Numbered from the stretch's first letter, positions 1-8,329 are shown. The stretch is 32,000 nt of DNA from Geotalea daltonii FRC-32 (GCF_000022265.1 NC_011979.1:1320001-1352000); one strand, 5' to 3'. The notes: generated by a model from the sequence alone, not told the origin. Program-made: numbers and translations.

Positions 1-104
1 AAAATGATATTTTTCTTATCGGCAGTTTGTACCTGAGCTGAAACAATTTTGCGGCAACGCAGCAGAGCGATCCCGCAATAGTTTTTCAACAACCTGCTGG
101 AAGG

Positions 105-956
105 TCAGCCTCCGACGATGGTGCCGCCGTTGGGGTGAAGGACCTGTCCTGTCATGTAGGAGCCCCCCTGGGAGGCGAGAAAGACATAGCTGTATGCAAT
201 CTCAACCGGCTGGCCAGCCCTTTTCAGTGTCACGTTTTCGCCGAACTGTTCCACCTTCTCCTGCGGGAAACTTGCCGGGATGAGCGGGGTCCAGACCGGT
301 CCCGGTGCGACTGCATTGACCAGTATTCCTTTTTCCGCAAGGGAGAGGGCCAGGGAGCGGGTAAAGGCGACGATGGCCCCCTTGGTGGAGGAGTAATCGA
401 TCAATTTCGGGTTTCCCTTGAAGGCGGTTACCGAGGTGGTGTTGATGATCCTTCCCCCTTCCCCCATATGCTTCAGGGATGCCGCCGCCATATGGAAATA
501 GGCGAAGATGTTGGTCCTGAAGGTTCGCTCCAGCTGCTCGGCCGAGATGTCTTCAATGGTTTCGGCATAGTGCTGCTCGGCGGCATTGTTGACCAGGATA
601 TCGATCCTGCCGAATCGGGCCGCCGTCTTTTGCACAATGCCGGTACAGAAAGCTTTATCGGCCACGTCCCCCTGGAAATAAAGACAGTCCACACCTTCCC
701 GCTTGACGATCTCCCATGTCTCCATGGCGTCCTGCTCTTCCTTCAGGTAGGCAAAGGCCACGTCGGCCCCTTCCCTGGCGAAGGCGATGGCCACTGCCCG
801 GCCGATACCGCTGTCACCGCCGGTGATGAGCGCCTTTTTCCCCTTAAGCCGGCCACTACCAGCGTATGAAAGTTCGCCGCTGTCGGGACGTGGCGTCATT
901 TGCTGTTCAACGCCGGGCTGTTCCTGCTGCTGCGGTGGAAAACTCTTATCGCTCAT
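105..956 (-). CDS. SDR-family NAD(P)-dependent oxidoreductase (YghA/YdaD general-stress type)
   Basis: ORF 105..962 carries the TGGDSGIGRA Rossmann motif, NNAA, and the catalytic YSSTK (YxxxK). The track start at 962 is a TTG. The ATG at 954-956 has GAGGG about 9 nt upstream and is the more likely start. Confidence 0.9.
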   Translation of the reverse strand: MSDKSFPPQQQEQPGVEQQMTPRPDSGELSYAGSGRLKGKKALITGGDSGIGRAVAIAFAREGADVAFAYLKEEQDAMETWEIVKREGVDCLYFQGDVADKAFCTGIVQKTAARFGRIDILVNNAAEQHYAETIEDISAEQLERTFRTNIFAYFHMAAASLKHMGEGGRIINTTSVTAFKGNPKLIDYSSTKGAIVAFTRSLALSLAEKGILVNAVAPGPVWTPLIPASFPQEKVEQFGENVTLKRAGQPVEIAYSYVFLASQGGSYMTGQVLHPNGGTIVGG

Positions 957-975
957 GATCAAGCCCTCACATGGA

Positions 976-1137
976 CTATTTCATTCTTTCCCTCACCATC
1001 CAATGGTGACCCTTGCTTTTGGCGTGATTCATGCCAGCTTCCTTGGCCACTTCCCTGCTGGGTAGCCAGCCGGTAATGGCGCCGCAGCCATCGGTGCAGT
1101 GGGGCAGATATTCATGGTCGGTATAGTCGAAATCCAT
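976..1137 (-). CDS. small (53 aa) Cys/His-containing hypothetical protein, start trimmed
   Basis: The internal ATG at 1135-1137 (MDFDYTDHEYLPHCTDGCG...) is preceded by GGGAGG. The ORF ends 19 nt before the SDR start, which suggests co-transcription. I do not recognise a family. Confidence 0.5.
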   Translation of the reverse strand: MDFDYTDHEYLPHCTDGCGAITGWLPSREVAKEAGMNHAKSKGHHWMVRERMK

Positions 1138-1218
1138 TCGGACCTCCCGGGACTTTTGAGTCCCCAGGCTCCTGTCAAGTCTGATGATTAATGTCATCTC
1201 AAAGCCGGAAGCCTTTAC

Positions 1219-1821
1219 TCAACGGCCAGTGCCGGTCGAACTGGAATACGTTCCCATGGTGCCGCCGGCGCCTTGACCCTCTACTCCGAATTTATAGCTG
1301 CCGGATCTGCCACCGGTAATACCACCCATACCCTGACTGGTGTCGGTCCCGGTGGTGGTGTCGGGAGAGACTCCGGGATAACTGCCGCCAGTGCGGGTAT
1401 CCACATCGATGCCGTAATCGCCGTGGGTTGAGCCACCAGCACCGCTGCTGCTGTAGCTCTTATAAGTAGCTCCTCCCGCACCGCTGCCGCTCTCCACTCC
1501 GTAACCGGATGTTCCGCCTGTGGAAGTTCCGCGTTCCTCCCGGTACTCAATGGCTCCGCCTGGGCCGCCACTTTCGAAGCTTCTGTAGATGGTAGCTCCA
1601 CCGGGTCCGCTACTGCTGTAGCTTCGGAAGATGGTTTCTCCGCCAGGGCCGCTGCTGCTGTAGCTCCGATAGATAGTTGCTCCTCCGGCACCCGAGCCGG
1701 CGTCAGAACCAAGACCAACTGCAGGTTCGTCCATGGTTTCGTTGTCGTCTGCGCTGAAAGCCAATCCTGACAGGGCAACCAGCGCTGCAGTGACAAAAAT
1801 AAGACGTTTCGCATTGTTCAT
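1219..1821 (-). CDS. secreted Gly/Ser/Tyr-rich low-complexity repeat protein
   Basis: A perfect AGGAGG lies 6 nt upstream of the ATG. The N-terminal signal peptide is MNNAKRLIFVTAALVALSGLAFSADD. The protein contains about 7 degenerate repeats of G-x-G-G-x-T-I-[YF]-[RK]-S-Y-S-S-S. Confidence 0.75.
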   Translation of the reverse strand: MNNAKRLIFVTAALVALSGLAFSADDNETMDEPAVGLGSDAGSGAGGATIYRSYSSSGPGGETIFRSYSSSGPGGATIYRSFESGGPGGAIEYREERGTSTGGTSGYGVESGSGAGGATYKSYSSSGAGGSTHGDYGIDVDTRTGGSYPGVSPDTTTGTDTSQGMGGITGGRSGSYKFGVEGQGAGGTMGTYSSSTGTGR

Positions 1822-2253
1822 CGCTGTTCCTCCTTTGTCTGGGTGTGTTGTGCTGTCAGCTGTATCATGGGTTTTGTAAATTTACTGCGGGCCGATCTGC
1901 TCCGTTGACTCGTTTGACTCGGCTTCCAGCCGACCAGTCACTTTTTCAAGCCCTGGGGTAGAGCAGTCGCCTTGTGAAAGCGCTACGCCAGAGGCTACTG
2001 CAACTATAGCAATAAAATTAATTTTTACAAATTTATCGCCTCCTGGAGTCCTTGTTTCCCTCCCATGGACCTTTTCCCTCAAATTTTCCCTGCAGGCACC
2101 GACTGTAATTCCCATAATTCCAATTGCTCTGCCTGAGCTCACTGGATAGTTTGCGGTTTTGTGAGCAGGCGCACTTATGGCAGTGCCCCTTTCATGTTCT
2201 ATTGGACCTGCGCTTTCAAACGGAAGGCGGTTCAACACAAGGAGGATCAGAAA

Positions 2254-2904
2254 GTGACCAGACAATTCATATGTTTGATTGCCGGAGCCCTGTTTTGCGC
2301 TTCGCCCGTGCTCGCAGAAAAGGTTGGGACGGAGACCATAAAGCTTGCCAAGTATGATGAAAAAAACCTTTTTCAGTTGAAGAGGCCGGAAGTGGCTTTG
2401 GATCTGAAGGAAAAGCATGAATACTACGACATCAGAGGCACCAGCTTGACGGAATTGCGCAAGCAGATGAAAGAAAACGGCACACGGTGGAATGACAACC
2501 ATACCTATGCGGCCCTGACGACCTGGAATATCAGGTACAACTACGACATTAACGAAAGCGGCGGCAGATATTCTGTAGCTTCGGTGAAAACCAAGGTCGA
2601 CATAGTCTACCGTTATCCGCGGCTTGCCAGCGCAGCCGGCATGTCCGAGCAACTGGCAGGACAGTGGAGCTCATATATGGAGAATGTCACTATTCACGAA
2701 ATAGGTCATAAGGACATTGCCGTCAAGGCTGCCGCCGACATCAACGGGGCGCTGTCTTCATTGGGCAACTTCAGTAGCCGGAGGGAACTGAATAATGTGG
2801 TTGACCGGGTTGTCGAGGCAAGATTGAAAACCCTGAAGGAGGATCAGATTCGATACGACGCCGAGACCCACCATGGAGAAACCCAGGGCGCAATTCTTCG
2901 TTAG
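2254..2904 (+). CDS. DUF922-like predicted secreted Zn-dependent peptidase (HExxH)
   Basis: A GTG at 2254 follows AAGGAGG. The signal-like N-terminus is VTRQFICLIAGALFCASPVLA. An HEIGH motif is present, and the overall sequence resembles the DUF922 family as I recall it. Confidence 0.8.
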   Translation: MTRQFICLIAGALFCASPVLAEKVGTETIKLAKYDEKNLFQLKRPEVALDLKEKHEYYDIRGTSLTELRKQMKENGTRWNDNHTYAALTTWNIRYNYDINESGGRYSVASVKTKVDIVYRYPRLASAAGMSEQLAGQWSSYMENVTIHEIGHKDIAVKAAADINGALSSLGNFSSRRELNNVVDRVVEARLKTLKEDQIRYDAETHHGETQGAILR

Positions 2905-2910
2905 CAGGGC

Positions 2911-2943
2911 TAGTAGCGGACGGAGTAGGCCCGTCCGCTACTA
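2911..2943. terminator. perfect 13-bp stem hairpin downstream of the DUF922 gene
   Basis: tagtagcggacgg-agtaggc-ccgtccgctacta. No clear U-tract follows, so intrinsic-terminator status is uncertain. Confidence 0.5.
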
Positions 2944-3096
2944 AATCATTCCCCCATGTACTACACCCACCGTATTAACCCCATTCGTAACCCATTCGTC
3001 GTGAAAAAAATGACCTTAAGGTTGATTGTTCCTTAACTGCCTTCAATTACACTTGTTTTGTCTCCCGGCATTTCTCTCTCTTTCAAGGAGCAAACC

Positions 3097-3249
3097 ATGA
3101 GAACCATCCTGCTCATTATCCTGATCATACTCCTGGTCGGCGCTCTACCCTTATGGCCCTACAGCTCGTCCTGGGGATACTACCCCAGCGGTGGTCTTGG
3201 GCTGGTGCTGTTGATACTGCTGATTCTGGCTTTGCTCGGGCACATCTGA
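3097..3249 (+). CDS. DUF3309 family small membrane protein (50 aa)
   Basis: An internal ATG follows AAGGAG. MRTILLIILIILLVGALPLWPYSSSWGYYPSGGLGLVLLILLILALLGHI matches the characteristic DUF3309 pattern of two TM segments flanking WGY..SGGLG. Confidence 0.8.
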   Translation: MRTILLIILIILLVGALPLWPYSSSWGYYPSGGLGLVLLILLILALLGHI

Positions 3250-3304
3250 AGCATTGTGCATTCCCGGCAGTTTTGACTAGCAGAATAATAAAGGGGCGAA
3301 GAAT

Positions 3305-3673
3305 ATGAGACGCACATGGATGGCACTCGTTCTGGCCTTTTTCACCTTTTCCGGGTTCCTGATGGCCTTCGGCGGCGAAGACGGCAAGAGAGAAGACTAT
3401 CAGAAACAGATAGAACTCAGGCTCAGGACATTGAGACAGAATTTGGACGAACAGAAGGCCAGGTCATCGATCCTTAAGGACGATGCGAAGGTACGGTTCG
3501 ACGAAGATATGCGGATCTTCCGGGAAAAGGAGAAGATCGCGGCTGCAAAACTGCAGAGGCTTAGGGCTGCCACGGCAAGGACCTGGGGGCGGGGCAAAGC
3601 AGGAGTGGAAGCTGCCATGCAGGATTTGAACAGGCAGTATGAGATAATGGAGGAACGCCTTAAAAACCCCTGA
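3305..3673 (+). CDS. hypothetical secreted coiled-coil protein
   Basis: The N-terminal hydrophobic signal is MRRTWMALVLAFFTFSGFLMAFG. The remainder is charged and heptad-like, rich in K, E, R and L. There is a weak GGGG RBS. Confidence 0.65.
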   Translation: MRRTWMALVLAFFTFSGFLMAFGGEDGKREDYQKQIELRLRTLRQNLDEQKARSSILKDDAKVRFDEDMRIFREKEKIAAAKLQRLRAATARTWGRGKAGVEAAMQDLNRQYEIMEERLKNP

Positions 3674-3874
3674 CCGCGTCCCTGTGCAACAGGCCGGTTA
3701 TCCCACCAGTGCCGCGAGTGTAACGTACCGTTCGGGACATTAGCCCGATCACAGGTAATGCGGCATCCACAAGTCTCATTCAAAATATATATCCCGGAGT
3801 CTTGCCGAGCATTCGACTTGGACCAGCCGATTGACGACGATTTGTCCAACGGGTTGCTAAAGACCGGAGCGATC

Positions 3875-5734
3875 ATGTCTGAAAACAGATGGAAACTAGG
3901 TCTGGGCGCAGAACTGCTGGACAACGACAAGGCATATTTCAAGGTCTGGGCGCCAAAAGCAGGCAAGGTGGCGCTACGCCTCTTTTCCCCTGGTTCCGAG
4001 AGGTCGATCGATCTCGCTGCCGGTGAAGATGGCTACTTTACAACCGAAGTGGAAAAGGTTTCTGCCGGTGACAGCTATCTTTACCTGCTTGACGGCCACA
4101 CCGAGCGGCCTGATCCGGTATCCCGCTTTCAGCCCCAGGGGGTGCACGGACCTTCCATGATTGTCGATCCCCGGCAATTCCCCTGGCAGGACCAGGGATG
4201 GCAGGGGATACCTCTTGAAGCTTACGTTATCTACGAATTGCATGTGGGGGTATTCAGCGATGACGGCACCTTTACCGCGGCCATTCCCCATCTGGACTAC
4301 CTGAAGGACCTGGGGGTAACGGCGGTGGAGATCATGCCGGTGGCCCAGTTTCCAGGAAACCGCAACTGGGGTTACGACGGCGTTTACCCCTTTGCTCCCC
4401 AGAGCAGCTATGGCGGACCCGAGGGACTCAGGGAGCTGGTTGATGCCTGTCATGGCAAGGGGCTTGCCGTCATTCTCGATGTTGTCTACAACCACTTCGG
4501 ACCGGAAGGAAATTATCTCAACGATTACGGCTACTATTTCACTGATCGCTACCGGACTCCCTGGGGTGATGCCATAAACTTCGACGGCCCCCACAGCGAT
4601 CAGGTTCGTGAATATTTCATTGCTAATGCCCTCTACTGGATACATGAGTACCACTTCGACGCGCTGCGTCTGGATGCCATCGATCGCATCTACGACCTTG
4701 GCGCTACCCATTTCCTCCGAGCCCTTGCCGACGAGGTGCACCGCCATGGGCAGCAGCTGGGGAGGCGGATTTACCTTATTGCCGAGAGCGACCTCAACGA
4801 TGTGCGGCTGATAAATCCGCCTGAAACAGGGGGCTACGGTGTGGATGCCCAGTGGAACGACAACTTTCACCACGCCCTGCATGCCCTGCTGACGGGGGAA
4901 AAGGAAGGTTACTACCAGGACTTCGGCCGCTTCGACCATCTCGTCAAGGCCTTTACTGAAGGCTATGTCTACAGTGGCGAGTATTCCAGGTATCGCAAAA
5001 AGCGCCATGGCAATTCGGCCAAGAATTGCCCAACCGTCCAGTTCGTGGCTTTCTCCCAGAACCACGACCAGGTGGGCAACAGGCTTCACGGTGACCGCCT
5101 TGCCGCCAAGCTGCCGTTGCAGAAGCTTTTGCTCGCTGCGGGCACGGTGCTTCTTTCGCCTTATCTTCCCCTGTTGTTCATGGGGGAGGAATACGGGGAA
5201 AAGGCGCCCTTCAACTACTTTGTCAGCTATGGGGACAGCTTCCTCATAGAAGCGGTGCGCAAGGGGAGAAAAGAAGAATTTGCCGCCTTTGCCTGGGCTG
5301 AAGAGGCCCTCGATCCCCAGGATCCGGATACTTTCATGCAGTCAAAGCTTGACCTGAAGGTGCGGCAGGGTGGAGAGCATGCCGCCCTCTTTGCCTGTTA
5401 CAAAAAACTGCTCTCCCTTCGCCGGGAGGTGCCGGCCCTGGGCTGCGTGGAACGGAGAGAGATGACGGTCATACCCTTCGAAGAGAAACAGGTACTGGCG
5501 CTGACGCGGCGGGTGGGAAACAGCAGTGCCCTGTGCGCTTGGAACTATAGCGATACACCCCAGGACGTGGCGGTGGAGCTTGATAACGGCAAGTGGCAGA
5601 AGCTGTTCGATTCGGCTGCAACCCAATGGGGCGGGGCGGGAGAGATGGCATATTCGACCCTGACGGCAACCGAAGGACGAGTGCGCATCGCCCTGACCCC
5701 ATGGAGCTTTACCGTCTACCTGCGGGAGGAGTGA
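3875..5734 (+). CDS. treZ: malto-oligosyltrehalose trehalohydrolase
   Basis: GH13 signatures are present: DVVYNHFGPEGNY, FDALRLDAIDRI (nucleophile region), LIAESDLND and FSQNHDQVGNR. The N-terminus YFKVWAPKAGKVALRL is typical of TreZ. I chose the ATG at 3875, which has GGAG upstream, over the track start at 3758. Confidence 0.93.
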   Translation: MSENRWKLGLGAELLDNDKAYFKVWAPKAGKVALRLFSPGSERSIDLAAGEDGYFTTEVEKVSAGDSYLYLLDGHTERPDPVSRFQPQGVHGPSMIVDPRQFPWQDQGWQGIPLEAYVIYELHVGVFSDDGTFTAAIPHLDYLKDLGVTAVEIMPVAQFPGNRNWGYDGVYPFAPQSSYGGPEGLRELVDACHGKGLAVILDVVYNHFGPEGNYLNDYGYYFTDRYRTPWGDAINFDGPHSDQVREYFIANALYWIHEYHFDALRLDAIDRIYDLGATHFLRALADEVHRHGQQLGRRIYLIAESDLNDVRLINPPETGGYGVDAQWNDNFHHALHALLTGEKEGYYQDFGRFDHLVKAFTEGYVYSGEYSRYRKKRHGNSAKNCPTVQFVAFSQNHDQVGNRLHGDRLAAKLPLQKLLLAAGTVLLSPYLPLLFMGEEYGEKAPFNYFVSYGDSFLIEAVRKGRKEEFAAFAWAEEALDPQDPDTFMQSKLDLKVRQGGEHAALFACYKKLLSLRREVPALGCVERREMTVIPFEEKQVLALTRRVGNSSALCAWNYSDTPQDVAVELDNGKWQKLFDSAATQWGGAGEMAYSTLTATEGRVRIALTPWSFTVYLREE

Positions 5735-5830
5735 AGGGTGAGGGGTGAGGGGTAAAACCTCGAACTTCGAACCTCGAACCTCATAGAACATAGAACATAG
5801 AACCTAGAACCTAGAACATAGAACCTCGAG
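5733..5830. repeat. 7-bp-phased tandem repeat tract filling the treZ-GH57 spacer
   Basis: About 3 copies of GGGGTGA lie at 5737-5753, 3 copies of TCGAACY at 5760-5780 and 6 copies of TAGAACM at 5784-5825. The tract ends in CTCGAGG, which overlaps the downstream RBS. Confidence 0.9.
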
Positions 5831-5836
5831 GTAACA

Positions 5837-8278
5837 ATGGAGCGCTTCATCTGCATTCATGGACATTTTTATCAGCCGCCGCGGGAAAATCCCTGGCTTG
5901 AGGCCATTGAAATTCAGGATTCGGCCCGACCCTATCATGACTGGAACGAGCGAATCGCCGCCGAATGCTATGCGCCCAATTCCGCGTCCCGTATCCTGGA
6001 CGGTGAGGGGTGGATCAAGGATATCGTCAGCAATTATGCCAAAATCAGCTTCAACTTTGGCCCAACACTCCTTTCCTGGATGCAGGGTTGCGACCCGGAA
6101 CTTTACCAGGCAGTGCTGGATGCGGACCGCCAGAGCATGGAGTGGCGGTCCGGGCATGGTGCTGCCATCGCCCAGGTATACAATCACATGATCATGCCCC
6201 TGGCCAATGCCCGCGACAAGTGCAGCCAGGTAGTCTGGGGGCTCAGGGACTTCGAGCACCGCTTCAAACGCTTTCCCGAAGGGATGTGGCTGGCGGAAAC
6301 GGCTGTGGACCTGGAAAGCCTGGATATCCTGGCCGAGCAGGGGATTAAATACACCATCCTAGCCCCGCGCCAGGCAGCCTCCTTCAGGAAGATCGGCGAA
6401 GAGCAGTGGCAGGAATGCAATGGATCCATCGACCCGACCAGGGCCTATCTCTGCCGGCTTCCCTCCAAACGGACCATCACCCTCTTTTTTTACGACGGTC
6501 CCATTTCGCAGGCGGTCGCCTTCGAGGATCTGCTTAATCGCGGCGAGGCCTTTGCCAACAGGCTTCTGGGAGGATTCGACGATGGCAGGGACTGGCCGCA
6601 GCTTTTCCATATCGCCACCGACGGGGAAACCTACGGCCATCACCACAAGTTCGGCGATATGGCCCTGGCAGCCGCCCTGGACCATATGGAAAGCAACAGC
6701 CTGGCCCGTCTCTCCAACTATGGTGAATACCTGGCCAAATTTCCTCCGACCGTTGAGGTGCAAATCCATGAAAATTCTTCCTGGAGCTGTGCCCACGGCA
6801 TCGAGCGCTGGCGGAGCAACTGCGGCTGCAATTCGGGGGGGCATGGAGGGTGGAACCAGGAATGGCGGGCACCCCTGCGCAGTGCCCTGGACTGGCTGCG
6901 GGACCGGCTGGCGGAAAGGTATGATGAGCTGGGACGCCAGTATCTCAAGGACCCGTGGCAGGCTCGAAACGAATACATCCGGGTGGTGCTGGACCGGGAT
7001 GAAGCAAACCGCAACACCTTCTTCGCGGAGCAGGCGCGCAGGAACCTGAGCGATGATGACAAGGTGGCGGTGCTGAAGCTGCAGGAGATCCAGCGCCACG
7101 CCATGCTCATGTATACCAGTTGCGGCTGGTTCTTCGACGAGCTTTCCGGCATCGAGACGGTTCAGGTAATCCAGTACGCGGGAAGGGCACTGCAGCTGTC
7201 CCATGGGCTTTTGGGGCAGGATCTGGAAAGGGGATTCAAGGAAAGGTTGTCCGCCGCCCGGTCTAATATCCCGGAAAACGGCAGCGGTACCCAAATCTAT
7301 GAAAAATTTGCCCTTCCGGCCCAGGTAGACCTGACCAAAGTGGCGGTCCACTTTGCTTTCAGCTCCCTGTTCAGGGAATATCCGGAACAGACCAGGATCT
7401 TTTCCTATACGGTCAACGTGGAAGACTACAAGAAGATGGTTACCGAAGATGCGGCATTGGCAACCGGCACGGTGCGCATTGTTTCCGAGATTACCCAGGA
7501 GAGCTCCAGACTCATGTTCTGCGTGGTCCGCATCGGCCACCACGATTTCAAGGGGGGGGTAAGTCCCTGCCTGATAGAAGCAGCATGTGCCTCCATCAAG
7601 GAGGAACTGCTGGAGGAATTTGACCGGGGGCATTACATAGAAATAGTCGGTCTGTTGGACAAGCATTTCGGCATGCACAATTTCTCTCTCCTGGATCTTT
7701 TCCGCGATGAACAGCGGGAAATCCTGAACCTCATCCTCGATGCCACCATGGAGGAGTTTACCCAGGACTATCGCAGCATCTATGAGCACAACCGCCATCT
7801 GATGGAGTTTGTCCAGGAGACCGGCATGCCGGTGCCGAAGCGATTTTTGGCTGCTGCAGAGATAAGCCTGAACACGGAGATAAAAGAGGCGCTCATGGCC
7901 GAGGATATGGATGGGGACCAGGTGCAGAGGGTTATCGCCAACATGCAGCGCTGGCAGGTGGCTGTGGATCTCCCCGAGGTGGAATACAGCCTGCGCACCT
8001 TTGCCGATGGGCTGATGGACCAGTTTTACGGGAACCCATCAGACCTTGCGCTGCTGCAGAGAATCAAGAGGTTCGTCGAGCTGCAGAAGTCGACACCCAT
8101 TCAAGTGGATCTCTGGGACATGCAGAATGTCTATTACAAATTGGCGAAGACTGCATATCCCCAGTTCCAGAGCCGAGCCGGGGAAGGGGATGGGGCTGCT
8201 GCAGGATGGGTTGAGGCCTTCAAACAGCTGGGGGCGATGCTTTCCATGAATCTGGGAACAATATTGCCCGAGGGATAA
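5837..8278 (+). CDS. glycoside hydrolase family 57 protein with C-terminal DUF3536-type extension
   Basis: The N-terminus is HGHFYQPPRENPW (GH57 region I). GMWLAETAV supplies a candidate nucleophile Glu154, and IATDGETYGHHHKFGD supplies a candidate acid/base Asp262. The protein is 813 aa. A GAGG RBS is present. Confidence 0.9.
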   Translation: MERFICIHGHFYQPPRENPWLEAIEIQDSARPYHDWNERIAAECYAPNSASRILDGEGWIKDIVSNYAKISFNFGPTLLSWMQGCDPELYQAVLDADRQSMEWRSGHGAAIAQVYNHMIMPLANARDKCSQVVWGLRDFEHRFKRFPEGMWLAETAVDLESLDILAEQGIKYTILAPRQAASFRKIGEEQWQECNGSIDPTRAYLCRLPSKRTITLFFYDGPISQAVAFEDLLNRGEAFANRLLGGFDDGRDWPQLFHIATDGETYGHHHKFGDMALAAALDHMESNSLARLSNYGEYLAKFPPTVEVQIHENSSWSCAHGIERWRSNCGCNSGGHGGWNQEWRAPLRSALDWLRDRLAERYDELGRQYLKDPWQARNEYIRVVLDRDEANRNTFFAEQARRNLSDDDKVAVLKLQEIQRHAMLMYTSCGWFFDELSGIETVQVIQYAGRALQLSHGLLGQDLERGFKERLSAARSNIPENGSGTQIYEKFALPAQVDLTKVAVHFAFSSLFREYPEQTRIFSYTVNVEDYKKMVTEDAALATGTVRIVSEITQESSRLMFCVVRIGHHDFKGGVSPCLIEAACASIKEELLEEFDRGHYIEIVGLLDKHFGMHNFSLLDLFRDEQREILNLILDATMEEFTQDYRSIYEHNRHLMEFVQETGMPVPKRFLAAAEISLNTEIKEALMAEDMDGDQVQRVIANMQRWQVAVDLPEVEYSLRTFADGLMDQFYGNPSDLALLQRIKRFVELQKSTPIQVDLWDMQNVYYKLAKTAYPQFQSRAGEGDGAAAGWVEAFKQLGAMLSMNLGTILPEG

Positions 8279-8329
8279 GATGAGAAGCGAAAACCTTTGC
8301 CGCCGGAGGTGTTGATGCTTACCCATTTC

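Noticed and set aside
135-869. 244-aa plus-strand ORF
   Set aside because: It is antisense to the SDR gene, which has canonical cofactor and catalytic motifs.
1882-2652. 256-aa minus-strand ORF
   Set aside because: It is mostly antisense to the DUF922 gene and spans the intergenic region. Only its C-terminal roughly 77 codons are discussed, as a low-confidence small-ORF candidate.
3974-5089. 371-aa minus-strand ORF
   Set aside because: It lies entirely antisense to treZ, which has strong GH13 motifs. The ORF shows no motifs and no RBS. It is a typical high-GC shadow ORF.
5733-5830. Possible CRISPR array or coding minisatellite
   Set aside because: The units are 7 bp with no spacers, so the tract does not have CRISPR architecture. 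The antisense ORF 5342..5791 that reads through it overlaps the treZ 3' end and lacks an RBS.
6359-7798. 479-aa minus-strand ORF
   Set aside because: It is antisense to the GH57 gene and has a low-complexity Gly/Pro/Ala/Leu-rich composition. The smaller ORFs overlapping 5804-7998 are rejected for the same reason.
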